From IMG/VR virus record IMGVR_UViG_2061766007_000959: DNA of 64,000 nt; one strand, 5' to 3'. The notes under the pieces were generated by a model. The model had not been told where the DNA came from and ran no database searches. It saw nothing but the letters and a program-made list of their open reading frames with translations. Source of the stretch: a virus (Duplodnaviria; Caudoviricetes). The position numbers and the translations under genes are program-made. This document shows, piece after piece, positions 37,555 through 48,333 of this stretch; positions within the stretch are counted from its first letter, which is position 1; each line of letters begins with the position of its first letter.

Positions 37555-38172
37555 ATGATATACGAGTACGAGGCAGGAATATTGAACGTCATAAACGCGA
37601 TTTTCCCGAACATTAAAATCGCGACATACGCGACCGACGACAACATATTTGAAATGATGCGCGAGGTCACTAAGTTCCCTGCGTTCTTTTACCAACGGGA
37701 ATCGGCGGAATGGTCGAACAACAAACAGTTACAGATAACCGACGGTGTCGAGAGGTCGTCCTTTGTCAGATACGAGCAGAAGTACAAGGGAAAGTTGCTC
37801 GTCGAGAATCAGGGGCAGGCTATAACAATGGCGAGCAAGCTAAGGTTCGGGATAGCGCGTCACCCGTATATCACGGTTCATTTCCCGACAAAGGACGAGC
37901 AGGACGAGGTTGACGTTCAGTTCAGGCTCACGTACGTCGGAATAGGCGAGGACAGGTCTCAGGCTGACCCTAAGGGCGCGTTGCGTTGGGTTGATTTCGG
38001 TTGGCAGAGCCAACTGTTTATGTCAGAGTACACAGACGACATAGGCGACGCCCTCGTCAAGAGAATCAACATTTGGGTCAATCCAAAGAACATAACAGAG
38101 GCTCAGATATACAACGAGGAGGGTGTCTTTATGACGATACCGTTGCCGACTGTTGAACCTCTGAACCCGTAA
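37555..38172 (+). CDS. putative tail terminator/sheath stabiliser
   Basis: Immediately upstream of the sheath gene; FPAFFY.R motif. Confidence 0.5.
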   Translation: MIYEYEAGILNVINAIFPNIKIATYATDDNIFEMMREVTKFPAFFYQRESAEWSNNKQLQITDGVERSSFVRYEQKYKGKLLVENQGQAITMASKLRFGIARHPYITVHFPTKDEQDEVDVQFRLTYVGIGEDRSQADPKGALRWVDFGWQSQLFMSEYTDDIGDALVKRINIWVNPKNITEAQIYNEEGVFMTIPLPTVEPLNP

Positions 38173-38238
38173 AGATTTTTGTTGTTTGATTGAAAAACAT
38201 TATCTTTGTGAAAGTAAAAAATTAAAATTGATTATACA

Positions 38239-39921
38239 ATGGCACAATCAGTATTAGACTTGATAGACGTTAAGTTTCAGGATGCCACAGGGCATACCTC
38301 AGTTTCCTCGACCGACATAATCGGTATGGTGATGCCTTTCTATTGGGGCGAATCGGACAAGGTCTCTGTTTACGGCAGAACGACATTCTACGAAATGTTC
38401 CCCGAATCGTTGCCGATAGGTGTCAAGAGTATCGAGAATACCGACCTGTACTCGGGCTACGCTCAGATAAAGGCGGCGTTCGCCCACGGCGCAGGCGAGG
38501 TTGAAATATACCGCCCGTCGAACGGTTGGAAATATCAGAACCTGACCATCAGCAAGACAGGCGGCGTTGTCGGTGACAGCGGTTCGCTAATCGCGGCTGA
38601 CACCAAGTACGACGAGACAAAGGCTGTGACCGTCGCCCTGAAATACGCAGGTTTCATTCCTCAGTCGCTCGCGTACGGATACGAGAACGTGAAAATCGGT
38701 GTGTCCCTGTCGAACTCGACCGACTATACGGACGGTGCTTTGATAAAGATAAACGTGTACGGCGTCGCCGCCGACAGCACTGAAACCCTGTTGGAGACAT
38801 TCGAGGGCGCGGCGAGCGCGACAGCCAAAATAGGCGGCGAATCAATCTACCTTGAAGACGTCGTGAACGGCAACAGTATGTTTATCGACGTGCGTGCGAC
38901 GGACAATGTCGTCATTCAGGCGGCGATAGCCGAGACTGAGTTTGCCTGCAAGACATACGACGAATCAGGCGTGTTCACACCTGCAACCTCAGGTCAGAAC
39001 CCGACACCTGCCTCGTTCACATCTGCGTTCAAGTTGGGAATCGACAACGGCTACGCCATGTTCAACGACTATGAATCGAGCGTATGCACGCTTATTATAA
39101 ACCCGTTCGTGACTAAGAGCGCGAAACAGAGCAACACCGAACTTGTAACCGAGTATGACGCGTATCTGAAAAACATAGCCGAGTACAGAAAGAACTGTTT
39201 GGCTGTCGTCGGATACCCGACAGACAACAACTCGGTTTACAGCAAGGAGAACATACAGACCTATTTCAACGCTCACGGCTCGAAGGGCAGTAAGTTCTGT
39301 ATCGCCGTTCAGGGTCAGGAATACCTGAGCGTGTTCGGTCAGCGTTTCACCCTGAACTGTGTCGGCGGCTATTGCGGCGCGATGGTGAACATAGCGAAAG
39401 AGGCTCACCTGAACCAAATCGCGTCGGGCTACGTTTACGGCAACTACGGCGGCTCGTTGAAGAAGTCGCTGTTGTCAGGCGCGGTGATAGACCTTATGGA
39501 AGAGGGAATCAACAGCGTGTACACGTCGAAACGCGGTAATCTTATTTGGGGTACTCGGACGCGCTACGGACGTCAGTCGTCATATTTCGGAAAAATAAAC
39601 GTAATGCGTGTTACAACCATGCTGTTGAAAAACATATTCCCGATAGCTATCGAGACACTGCACACGGACGCCGCCTCGAACCCTATCACACGGGCGTCGC
39701 TGAGTACAATGCTGAACAGCATTATCGACACGTATATCGCGAACCAAGACCTGCACGCCGACAGTTACGCCGATTGTAGCGATAGTATAAACACCGACTA
39801 CCTGACAAAGGGCGGCACAGTCCTGAACATTATACTGATGTTGCACTTTATCGGTTTGGTTGAGCGTGTAAGTATCAAGATTATCGCGACAGACACCTCT
39901 GTTACGGCTGAGTTTGTTTAA
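38239..39921 (+). CDS. tail sheath protein
   Basis: N-terminal F.WG; AEYRKNCLAV; GINSV...LIWGTRT...KINVMR sheath C-terminal motifs. Confidence 0.88.
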   Translation: MAQSVLDLIDVKFQDATGHTSVSSTDIIGMVMPFYWGESDKVSVYGRTTFYEMFPESLPIGVKSIENTDLYSGYAQIKAAFAHGAGEVEIYRPSNGWKYQNLTISKTGGVVGDSGSLIAADTKYDETKAVTVALKYAGFIPQSLAYGYENVKIGVSLSNSTDYTDGALIKINVYGVAADSTETLLETFEGAASATAKIGGESIYLEDVVNGNSMFIDVRATDNVVIQAAIAETEFACKTYDESGVFTPATSGQNPTPASFTSAFKLGIDNGYAMFNDYESSVCTLIINPFVTKSAKQSNTELVTEYDAYLKNIAEYRKNCLAVVGYPTDNNSVYSKENIQTYFNAHGSKGSKFCIAVQGQEYLSVFGQRFTLNCVGGYCGAMVNIAKEAHLNQIASGYVYGNYGGSLKKSLLSGAVIDLMEEGINSVYTSKRGNLIWGTRTRYGRQSSYFGKINVMRVTTMLLKNIFPIAIETLHTDAASNPITRASLSTMLNSIIDTYIANQDLHADSYADCSDSINTDYLTKGGTVLNIILMLHFIGLVERVSIKIIATDTSVTAEFV

Positions 39922-39939
39922 CGGTTCGGTAAGGCTGAT

Positions 39940-40137
39940 ATGAATTTCAAGAAAGCTATGAGACGGAAAATAAAAGACGAATGGGCGGTCGCGCCGTCCT
40001 CGTCTTTGGTTAAGAGGCTCGTCAGAGGGTTGGACGAATCAACTAACATAATCGAGCGGTATTTCCCGAAAAATCAGACAGAGAGGGAGTTTGTCAGCGC
40101 ACTGAAAGATATGGTTGAATATTTTAACAAATACTAA
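39940..40137 (+). CDS. small protein with MNFKKAMRRKIKD leader, inserted between sheath and tube
   Basis: 65-aa ORF carrying the shared leader. Confidence 0.6.
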   Translation: MNFKKAMRRKIKDEWAVAPSSSLVKRLVRGLDESTNIIERYFPKNQTEREFVSALKDMVEYFNKY

Positions 40138-40149
40138 ATAATTTAGGCT

Positions 40150-40689
40150 ATGAGTAGAAAGATAAACACATTCGCGAGTTTCATTACACAGCCGCTGAAC
40201 GTCTATAATTTCCAAATACGTATCACCTCGCCGACAGACAAGGTTGACGAATCGGTGCTTATGGTTGTGGAATCGACCAAGTTCCCGTCAGAGAAATTAC
40301 GTGAAATGGTGCTGAACTATCAGGGTGAGAAAATATCGTACCCTGCCAAGCCTGAGAACGGCGGAACGTGGACTATCACGATTCCTGAGGGTGACAAGGC
40401 TCAGGTGCGCAAGGAACTCGACCGTTTGAAAAACAAACAGTACGACCAAAAGTCGGGTGTTATGTCACCGTCCTTTTGGTACGATATTGAGGTGTTCCAC
40501 CGCGACTTGCAGGACAACATTGTGTTCTCAATCGTGTTACACGGCTGTTGGATGATGGGTCGCAACGAACACGAGGTCAAGACGGACAACGTGACAGACA
40601 GCGTCAAGTGGAGTTACGATTTCAAGTACCAATGGATTGAGGACAAGGTAAACGACAACGAGGGTTCGCCCAACCCGTTCGGTGAGTAA
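40150..40689 (+). CDS. tail tube protein (T4 gp19-like)
   Basis: Follows the sheath; P......NY.G..I.YP, WTIT, L.GCW, F.Y.W pattern. Confidence 0.8.
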   Translation: MSRKINTFASFITQPLNVYNFQIRITSPTDKVDESVLMVVESTKFPSEKLREMVLNYQGEKISYPAKPENGGTWTITIPEGDKAQVRKELDRLKNKQYDQKSGVMSPSFWYDIEVFHRDLQDNIVFSIVLHGCWMMGRNEHEVKTDNVTDSVKWSYDFKYQWIEDKVNDNEGSPNPFGE

Positions 40690-40700
40690 TACTATGAGTT

Positions 40701-41372
40701 ATGTCGAGAAAACTGACAGCATTCCGTGTCGCGAACATAACGCCGCAGACTACGTGCAACTACGCCGTGCTGATTCCGTCGGTATGGCGTTCGTTGCTTG
40801 CTGTTGAGAGTGCGTCGATGCCGTTCAAAAAGACGGCGGCGGCGTCTATATACATACGGGGAATAGAATACAAGATTCCCGTCAAACAAATGGGACAGGG
40901 TACTTGGACTTGCACAATGGTCGAAAACCTGTTTATGGGGTCTCTGTATCAGAGCCTGAATCAGTATTACAGAAGTGCAGGCGGTGACATATCGGAGTAT
41001 TCGTCGTTCTCGACTTTCAGCCTGAACAACATATACATATTCATTACGGATGCCCTGACAGGCACTGCGCCCGTCGCCGCGTGCGTCCTGAAGGACTGTT
41101 ACCTGACAGACGTGAGCGAAATATCTTTGAACGCGAGCGGTGCGACAGACGTTATGAAAGTGAAACTCACATTCCAATACAACGACATTCTCGACCCGAT
41201 AAAAATGGCTAACAACCTGACGGGGCAGAAGTTCACCCTGAATGACGGTGGCAAGAAAAGCATTCAGGCTATTGAGGCAGGTGTCGCAGGAATCACAGCG
41301 GCGGCTTGGGGTGTCAATTGGGTTGTGAACAAAGGCGTTGACAAAATCGAGGAACTATTAAAGGGTGAGTGA
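40701..41372 (+). CDS. tube-fold protein (tail tube initiator-like)
   Basis: Similar pattern to the tube protein (WTCT, LKDCY, LTFQY). Confidence 0.6.
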   Translation: MSRKLTAFRVANITPQTTCNYAVLIPSVWRSLLAVESASMPFKKTAAASIYIRGIEYKIPVKQMGQGTWTCTMVENLFMGSLYQSLNQYYRSAGGDISEYSSFSTFSLNNIYIFITDALTGTAPVAACVLKDCYLTDVSEISLNASGATDVMKVKLTFQYNDILDPIKMANNLTGQKFTLNDGGKKSIQAIEAGVAGITAAAWGVNWVVNKGVDKIEELLKGE

Positions 41373-42025
41373 TGAGCCAAGACAATCTGTTTCGGAATAT
41401 TGACGACCTGAAAAAGTATATCAAGTCGTTCACGACAAGGATAGTAAGCGACGATTATCTTTCCCCGTCCTTGCAGTCTGACTACACGATAGCTATATAC
41501 AGGAATTTCGACGACTACAAGAACAAGATAAACCCTGCCGTGTACGAGCCTGTGCTGATTCACAGCCTGTCCCTGCCCCTGTCGAACGGTGTTTCTATGA
41601 CTATGGACAAGTTGGGTCTGCAAGCGGCTGATTTCAGCGCGACGAACAAAATGTCATTCGAGTTCATAGCCGTACCGTACAGCCATAAGACGGGGGCGAA
41701 CCTGACGGCTCAGGAGACGACATACACGTCGTTGGTGCATTTTTACTACGCACAGCGTTTCACGGACAAGGGGACGCTGAAAATAAAGAGAGAGGGCGAC
41801 GCGTTGCCGACTGTGTTCGTGATAAACCTGAAGACGAACAATATAGTGTACGTGTTAAAGAACTGTGTTTTCTCGTACCCGAAGTTTCAGACGTCACCGA
41901 GTTCAAACAGTATAGCCGTGTACAGGACAGAGGTGACGTTCTCCTCGTACAGAGAGTTCTTGCAGGACAACATAAACGATTACAACATTTCCCAAACGAT
42001 GGCGAGGGACGTATCCAAATACTAA
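41369..42025 (+). CDS. third tube-fold/baseplate protein
   Basis: Y.LKNC.F and V.F.Y pattern; operon position. Confidence 0.5.
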   Translation: MMSQDNLFRNIDDLKKYIKSFTTRIVSDDYLSPSLQSDYTIAIYRNFDDYKNKINPAVYEPVLIHSLSLPLSNGVSMTMDKLGLQAADFSATNKMSFEFIAVPYSHKTGANLTAQETTYTSLVHFYYAQRFTDKGTLKIKREGDALPTVFVINLKTNNIVYVLKNCVFSYPKFQTSPSSNSIAVYRTEVTFSSYREFLQDNINDYNISQTMARDVSKY

Positions 42026-42043
42026 CAACAAAACAATACAACT

Positions 42044-42835
42044 ATGAAAGTGATTTTACCGAGCAACGGTCTGTTAGGCACAAAATGGCTTGATTTGAGA
42101 GAGCCTAAGTTCTGCGACCTGAGAAAGACGATAACCGCGACAAGTGACGAGTATCTGTTCAAGTACGAGTTCGTCAGCGGACTGTGCGAGTTCGACCCTA
42201 AGAAAATAACTATGGACGACGTTCAGTACCTGTATGAAATAGCGGCGTCGGCAATATCGTTCAACACACTGAAGTTCAAGGTCAGGTGCAGTGAGTGTGA
42301 CACGGAAATCAGCAGTGAGTTCTCGTTCGCGGACGACGACATACCCGTCAAGACGTTGCACAAGGATTCAAGGAAATGCAAGAAAAAGGTCGGTGACGAG
42401 GAATACGTCTTTCATATTCTGTCGGCTCAGGACGGCGTTGACATACATACGTACGGCTTGGACGACGACGAACAGGACAGAATGGTCGAAGAGGCGACCG
42501 TGTGCAAGGTGTTAGGGTACGACATAACAGACGAGAATATCGAAAAGGTGAGGGCGTTGCCTGTCGCTATATATGTCGCCTGTTTCCTGTTTGTGAAAGC
42601 GAACAGGCACGGAATGGTCATAACAAAGGCTGTGAAATGTCCTAAATGCAAGACAGAGGCGCGTGTGCGCTTGGAATTGGATTCGTCGTGGGTCAAGATA
42701 GACCTGCCGACGTTCGTCGCACAGTACGCCCAAATAAGGGACTGTGTCGATTTCAAGTCGTTCCTTGATTTCACCATTCCTGAGTTTAAGAATTTTATTG
42801 ATTATCTGAACGCGGAGGCAAAGAAAGATGAGTGA
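42044..42835 (+). CDS. baseplate hub/tail assembly chaperone (T4 gp26-like)
   Basis: N-terminal LPS.G; two CxxC motifs; upstream of the tape measure. Confidence 0.65.
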   Translation: MKVILPSNGLLGTKWLDLREPKFCDLRKTITATSDEYLFKYEFVSGLCEFDPKKITMDDVQYLYEIAASAISFNTLKFKVRCSECDTEISSEFSFADDDIPVKTLHKDSRKCKKKVGDEEYVFHILSAQDGVDIHTYGLDDDEQDRMVEEATVCKVLGYDITDENIEKVRALPVAIYVACFLFVKANRHGMVITKAVKCPKCKTEARVRLELDSSWVKIDLPTFVAQYAQIRDCVDFKSFLDFTIPEFKNFIDYLNAEAKKDE

Positions 42836-44291
42836 GGGTAGCGGAAAATTGGCTGAGACACTTGCGTCGTCGATTGTTGACAAGATGACCGAACTCGCTA
42901 ACAAGGGGCGAGTAGAGGGTGATTGGGTTAAAAATTCGGACAATATGTTCGGCACTATGTTCGATGTGTTACAGGCTGTTGCCGAGAACTCGTATAACGC
43001 CCGTATGCTGAGTGATTCGACTGACGCGACGTTAAACGCCAAACAGATTGAAGACCGTGCGAGTTTCAAGGAACTGAACGATTTTATCAAAGAAGAGGTT
43101 GTCGAACGTCTCAAACATATTGAGGCGCAACGAAAGGACACGAAAGGCAATAATGAACCCTCGAAGTCAGATTTGGGTATCAGCACCGAATCAGGTGACA
43201 CGGACGAGACAGAGGGTGAGGACGTCAGGGGCAAGCACACGATACAGCGTTCAATAAGCCGTTTGGAAAAAGGTCAGAACAAAATAATAAAATCGGTTGA
43301 GAACCTGCAAAAGGACAACCGTCACATAAAGACCAACATGGACGATTCCGAAAGGCGGTCGCGCAAGCATTTAATCAAAATGGAACGGTCTATCAAGCAC
43401 ACTATCAAATCACGGATGGGCAAGCTATGGTCTATGTTCAAAAAGACGCTTATTATCGGTCTGTTGCTGTTCTTTCCCCCGATATTAAAAAGGGCGTTCG
43501 GTAAGTTAGCTGACTTGCTTTCACCTGTAACAGAATGGTTTAAGATAAATTTTCCGTCACTTTACGAGTATATCAAGGATTTGTCAAGATACGTTGGTAG
43601 CATAGCGTCCGATTTCAAGTTCCTTGTTGACAAAATCAAGTTCGCTTTGGATTGGATAGACGAACACGAAACAGGCGTCAAAGTGGGTGCAGGTGCGGCG
43701 TCGGGGGCGTTGGCAGGTGCGGCTATCGGTAGTGTAATCCCAGGGGTCGGTACGGCTGTCGGGGCGGCTATTGGCGCAGGTGTCGGCGCGATTGGGGGCG
43801 GAATAGACGCAAAAATGTCACAGAGTGAGAAAGAATACGAGAAAGAGACAGCCGAGCGTCAGGAGGTTATGGCAAAATACGACGTCGATAGAATGATAAA
43901 GAACGGTGAGTTGGACGGGTCGGACGAGGCGGCGGTTGAGGCGGCGACGGCGGAAAGGTTAAATGAAATACAGGAATACGAGAAAACCGTTCCAACCACA
44001 AACTTGGATATGAGTGTCAGGAAAGACGGAGAGGGTTTTGGTTCTATGTTCAAGCGAAAATGGAGAGAAATGTTCAGGGACACGGGGTCAGCCACGACCC
44101 CTAAGGTGTCAACGACAGCACCGACCCCAACCGAGACGGCGGCTGACGCTTTGGAAGGTAGCCTTAACGGTCAGACGGAAGTCGAGCCTAACGACGACGA
44201 GGCAAAGGCTTTGAGCGCGGCGTATCAGATAATAAACGAAACCAATATAAACAACCTGTATGTGAAACAATCGGCAACTCTGTGGGGGTGA
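42828..44291 (+). CDS. tape-measure-like protein
   Basis: Helical, with a hydrophobic segment and glycine zipper GAAIGSVIPGVGTAVGAAIG. Confidence 0.65.
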   Translation: MSEGSGKLAETLASSIVDKMTELANKGRVEGDWVKNSDNMFGTMFDVLQAVAENSYNARMLSDSTDATLNAKQIEDRASFKELNDFIKEEVVERLKHIEAQRKDTKGNNEPSKSDLGISTESGDTDETEGEDVRGKHTIQRSISRLEKGQNKIIKSVENLQKDNRHIKTNMDDSERRSRKHLIKMERSIKHTIKSRMGKLWSMFKKTLIIGLLLFFPPILKRAFGKLADLLSPVTEWFKINFPSLYEYIKDLSRYVGSIASDFKFLVDKIKFALDWIDEHETGVKVGAGAASGALAGAAIGSVIPGVGTAVGAAIGAGVGAIGGGIDAKMSQSEKEYEKETAERQEVMAKYDVDRMIKNGELDGSDEAAVEAATAERLNEIQEYEKTVPTTNLDMSVRKDGEGFGSMFKRKWREMFRDTGSATTPKVSTTAPTPTETAADALEGSLNGQTEVEPNDDEAKALSAAYQIINETNINNLYVKQSATLWG

Positions 44292-44298
44292 GTAGGGA

Positions 44299-45642
44299 AT
44301 GAGCAAACTGTTGCTGAGGATATTACTGAGGTTCGCGAGGAAATTCGCTGTCAAGCAACTTGAAAAGTTCTTGGTTGAATACGCCAAGGGCAGGTTCGAC
44401 TATCTACTTGACAGCCCTGTTCCGCCCGAAATGGGTGATTTCCCTGAAATAACCCTGCCGATAAAAAAGGACAACGGTGAGGAGACCAACGGCGAACACC
44501 TCGATAAAGTTGTCAGAGAGGCGGCTGTCGGAATCAGCGGCGGTGTTTTTCTGTTGACACAGTTCGCTGAGAATGTTTCCGATTCCGAGACACGCACGGC
44601 AAGTCGGGACTTGGATTCAGCGAAAGAGGATTGGAACGACGATATATTGCCCGTATTGGTATCGGCAGGCATTGGCGTCGCGTCCGTTATGAGTGATATT
44701 GACGTGTCAGAAATCAAACTGTCAAACCTTGACTTAGAGCCGATACCGACATACAACCCTCTGTTTCCTGACGAGAGAGAGAGCATTAGGAGAGAATATG
44801 ACGAGAAAGGGAAAAAGAAAACCCAAACAGGGGGCGTGCCGTCAGGCTCGGGAAACTTTAAGGGTGTCAGAGATTGGTTGACAGCCACGCCGCAACCGAG
44901 CGTAGAGGCGTCAAAGTTCCAAATAATCAAGCGCAACGGCGAGACGTACATAACCCGTTACGGTCAGGAACGCCGTATCAGGCAGGCTCGCCTGAACGAA
45001 TCATTCGACAGTCTGTTAGAAGGTTACACGTACGACAGCAAGCGTCAGGCGATAGGTGCGACGGGCGCGTTCTTTGGCAGTGACAGCGGTGTTATGCGCA
45101 AGATAAACAAGATAATACTGCACTGTACGGCTGACCCTGAGGGCAGAGACCACACGCTCGAATATTACAACAGTTTGCACTTGCAGAGGGACAACGGCAC
45201 TTGGACGGGTATCGGCTATCATTTTATCATACACCCTGACGGCACTGTCGAAACGGCTCGTCCCGTGAATATGATAGGTTCGCACTGCAAGGGACAGAAC
45301 TCGTACTCAATAGGTATCGCTTATATCGGCGGCGAGAACAAAAAGGGGAAAGCGAAAGACACCCGAACGAAAGCGCAGAAAAAGCAAATGTGGCGGTTGG
45401 TGCTGTATCTTTTAGAGCGTTTCCCGTCAGCGACCGTACACGGTCATCACGAATACGACCCTAAGCCCTGCCCCTGTTTCGACGTTCAGAAGGAATGGAA
45501 AAAGTTGAGGGCAAACAATTTCAACTTGGACGACAGCGGTGTCGTCGGCGACTTGGCTTATTCGTTCTCGACGTCACAGAGTATCGAGAACGTACACAGT
45601 CAGATAATCGAAATGCAAGAGCCTGAGAGTAACGAGGCTTGA
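44299..45642 (+). CDS. tail-associated N-acetylmuramoyl-L-alanine amidase (Amidase_2, T7-lysozyme-like C-terminal domain)
   Basis: IILHCTA, GIGYHF, GSHCKG.N, SIGI.YIGG, GHHE, KPCP. Confidence 0.88.
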   Translation: MSKLLLRILLRFARKFAVKQLEKFLVEYAKGRFDYLLDSPVPPEMGDFPEITLPIKKDNGEETNGEHLDKVVREAAVGISGGVFLLTQFAENVSDSETRTASRDLDSAKEDWNDDILPVLVSAGIGVASVMSDIDVSEIKLSNLDLEPIPTYNPLFPDERESIRREYDEKGKKKTQTGGVPSGSGNFKGVRDWLTATPQPSVEASKFQIIKRNGETYITRYGQERRIRQARLNESFDSLLEGYTYDSKRQAIGATGAFFGSDSGVMRKINKIILHCTADPEGRDHTLEYYNSLHLQRDNGTWTGIGYHFIIHPDGTVETARPVNMIGSHCKGQNSYSIGIAYIGGENKKGKAKDTRTKAQKKQMWRLVLYLLERFPSATVHGHHEYDPKPCPCFDVQKEWKKLRANNFNLDDSGVVGDLAYSFSTSQSIENVHSQIIEMQEPESNEA

Positions 45643-45755
45643 CATAATTTACTGATAATACTTTTTGCAGGTAAAGCATAATTTCGTATTTTCGCAGAAA
45701 GTTGTCGGCGTGACACGGCGGCACAAGATTATGTCATAATGAATATTGATAATCA

Positions 45756-46769
45756 ATGGCGAGCAAGGGTTTTAATATAGACGAAATCAGGGAACTCAAC
45801 AAACTGAAAATCTACGCTATCAAGAACGGCGGCGAATCGGAATTTGTTATGGGCGCGTACCTGACGACGGCACTTGGCGATTTCAAGGCAGACATAACGG
45901 TTGACAGCCTGACAAGGCAAATGGGTGAGACTGTGAAAGGTTTGGGTGTCGTAGGCAGTCTGATGAAATCGACGGCTGTATCATTCATAAAGGAAAAGTT
46001 GAGCGGTTCGTGGGGGAATCTTTTAGGCACGGGTATCGAACTGACTAATGACATAAACTACAATTTCAACTATCGTTTCAACGGAATCAGTGAGTTCAGT
46101 CACACGTTCAGTTGCGAGTTGGTTGTGAAAGACGATTTCACAAAGGACGTTATAAATCCGCTTTGGAAACTGATTGAGTACGTTCTGCCTGACGAGACGT
46201 CACAGTTCTCGGAAACGGAAACATACAAAAGCATAGAAGACAAGACAAAGTACGGTGCTGACCTGTTACAAGACTTTATAAATAACAAAAACACAAGCAA
46301 CCCGTTCATAGAACAGGACATATTGGACAAGTTTTTCAAGTATGTCAGGACTGTCGGCGGTGAAATAGGCGACATGGTCGGCGGTATTTCGTTCATAAAG
46401 AAACCGAAACAGTTGCAGGGCGGAATGTCCCACACCCGAATAACAATAGGCGACTACATACAGATTGACAATGTTGTTATAGACAGTGTCAGTTTCAACA
46501 TACCGTACCTGTTATACGACGGCGGTCTGTTCGACAAGGTGCAGATAAATATCGGTGTCAAGGGAAACCGCAAAATGACACTGAACACGTACGAATGGGT
46601 GAGACGCCTGACGACCTACGCCAAGGACGAACTCGACAAAATGAAACTGACACCGTTACAGCCTGTGCCGTTGAACCAAGAGTTCAGCGCACCGCAACTT
46701 GTCAGACCCAACACCCCGAACGCAACGGGTGTTGACACTATTGCTAACAATTCAGGTGACTTAACTTAA
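45756..46769 (+). CDS. baseplate/tube-cap-like structural protein
   Basis: Operon position; IG.YI.IDNVVI.SVSF pattern. Confidence 0.5.
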   Translation: MASKGFNIDEIRELNKLKIYAIKNGGESEFVMGAYLTTALGDFKADITVDSLTRQMGETVKGLGVVGSLMKSTAVSFIKEKLSGSWGNLLGTGIELTNDINYNFNYRFNGISEFSHTFSCELVVKDDFTKDVINPLWKLIEYVLPDETSQFSETETYKSIEDKTKYGADLLQDFINNKNTSNPFIEQDILDKFFKYVRTVGGEIGDMVGGISFIKKPKQLQGGMSHTRITIGDYIQIDNVVIDSVSFNIPYLLYDGGLFDKVQINIGVKGNRKMTLNTYEWVRRLTTYAKDELDKMKLTPLQPVPLNQEFSAPQLVRPNTPNATGVDTIANNSGDLT

Positions 46770-46774
46770 AGACT

Positions 46775-47011
46775 ATGACAGTAAAAGAGGCGGCGGCGTT
46801 ATATCCTGTGTACGAATACACGACCTCGGTCGGGGACAACCTGACGCGTATCGTGCGCCTGTTGTACAACGGCGATTCGGACAAGGCGACAGCCGCGATA
46901 AAGGAACTGAACCTGAGGTACGATTGGGCGTACCTTGAAGGCGGCGTGACAATCAAGTATTTTCCCGAGGACGTATTATTGAAAGTAGATGTGGTTTACA
47001 GTCAAAGATAA
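46775..47011 (+). CDS. LysM/gpX-like baseplate protein
   Basis: YTT..GDNL.RI...LY...I.ELN. Confidence 0.7.
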   Translation: MTVKEAAALYPVYEYTTSVGDNLTRIVRLLYNGDSDKATAAIKELNLRYDWAYLEGGVTIKYFPEDVLLKVDVVYSQR

Positions 47012-47891
47012 AGCGATTCCGATAGCCGACTTGGTTCTGACGGACAACCTCGCGACGTATCACAACACGATTTCGTTCACGACGGTAACTAAAATCTATG
47101 CGTCCGAGGGTGTCATAGAAACGGACTTTTCAAAGAAGTTCGAGGTCTGTATCACAAGTCAGACGAGAATGCAGGGTGACAAAATGAAAGTTGACTGCGT
47201 CACTAAAAAGGTTCACGACGCGTTCAACTCGACGACGGCAGGGTACACGGGCAGGACGACCGTTGACGGGCTGTTCGCCAAACTCGGGTTCAATTACAGT
47301 TCCAACTTTCAATCGAACAACACGTATTTCTCGATTCCTCAGGGAATGGTGACGTCCCTGTTCGACAACCTGACAAAGTACGCGTCGTTCGCCAACGGCG
47401 GCGGTGCGCATTTCTACATGGCTTACGACGGGACTGTACACGGGTTCGACTACAAACTGATAAAGGAAAAGTACAAGGCGGCTATACTCGACTGTTCCAT
47501 TCTGTCGGAACAGATTAGGACGGATTGGTGCGACTATACGCCGTCAGAGTTCGACATATTCTATTGGGACAACAACAACAAGTTCAAGACGGAGACCCTG
47601 ACATTGGAAAAGGGGTTCGGGAAAGCCGTCGTACACATAAACGACACGACGGGCGTGTGGCGAGACGCCGCCAAACAGGAACTGACGAACACGTTTTACA
47701 ACAAATGGTTTTCGGGACACACGATTACCGTCAGCACTACGTTGGGAATATTCCCCCCGTTGGGAACTTTGGTGAGGTTCAGGGAATCGCCTATGACGTA
47801 TATCGTGAAAGCCGTATCTAACGCATACAACGAGTTACAGGAAGTTCCTACGACGACAGTAATTCTTATTTCAGAACCAACATTTGTTTAA
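46989..47891 (+). CDS. baseplate hub protein
   Basis: Between the LysM-like and spike genes. Confidence 0.55.
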   Translation: MWFTVKDKAIPIADLVLTDNLATYHNTISFTTVTKIYASEGVIETDFSKKFEVCITSQTRMQGDKMKVDCVTKKVHDAFNSTTAGYTGRTTVDGLFAKLGFNYSSNFQSNNTYFSIPQGMVTSLFDNLTKYASFANGGGAHFYMAYDGTVHGFDYKLIKEKYKAAILDCSILSEQIRTDWCDYTPSEFDIFYWDNNNKFKTETLTLEKGFGKAVVHINDTTGVWRDAAKQELTNTFYNKWFSGHTITVSTTLGIFPPLGTLVRFRESPMTYIVKAVSNAYNELQEVPTTTVILISEPTFV

Positions 47892-47894
47892 GCT

Positions 47895-48323
47895 ATGGCA
47901 AAGATAATCAAGGCAATATGCACGACAGCGTCAGCGGACGACAAGATGGGACGGGTGCGCCTGAAATCAGACGGCGTTTGGAATCAGGACACCGAACTCG
48001 TACAGTCCCTGAACGGTTGCACCCTGAGCAAGGGCGACGTGGTGTTTGTGTCAGTCGAGGACGGTTATTACAACCCTTTGATACTCGGCAAGGCTGACCG
48101 AAACGAAATTGTGCTAAATTTGTTGGTTGAAAGGATAAACAGTTTAGAGGACAAGTTGAACGAGGCGGTCAACAAACAGAACGAGGTTATAATGAAACTC
48201 GCGGCGTCGGCGTCGGCGGCAGGTTTCGTATGGAGCGGCGCGGCGACATTCGCGGCTGTGCAACCCTTACAGACGATACCGACAAAGACACAGTTGAGAG
48301 ACATACAGGATAATTACAAATAA
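47895..48323 (+). CDS. baseplate spike (gpV/gp5 OB-fold)-like protein
   Basis: D.KMGRVRL, GD.VFV..EDG...NPLILG. Confidence 0.7.
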   Translation: MAKIIKAICTTASADDKMGRVRLKSDGVWNQDTELVQSLNGCTLSKGDVVFVSVEDGYYNPLILGKADRNEIVLNLLVERINSLEDKLNEAVNKQNEVIMKLAASASAAGFVWSGAATFAAVQPLQTIPTKTQLRDIQDNYK

Positions 48324-48333
48324 TTGATAAACA

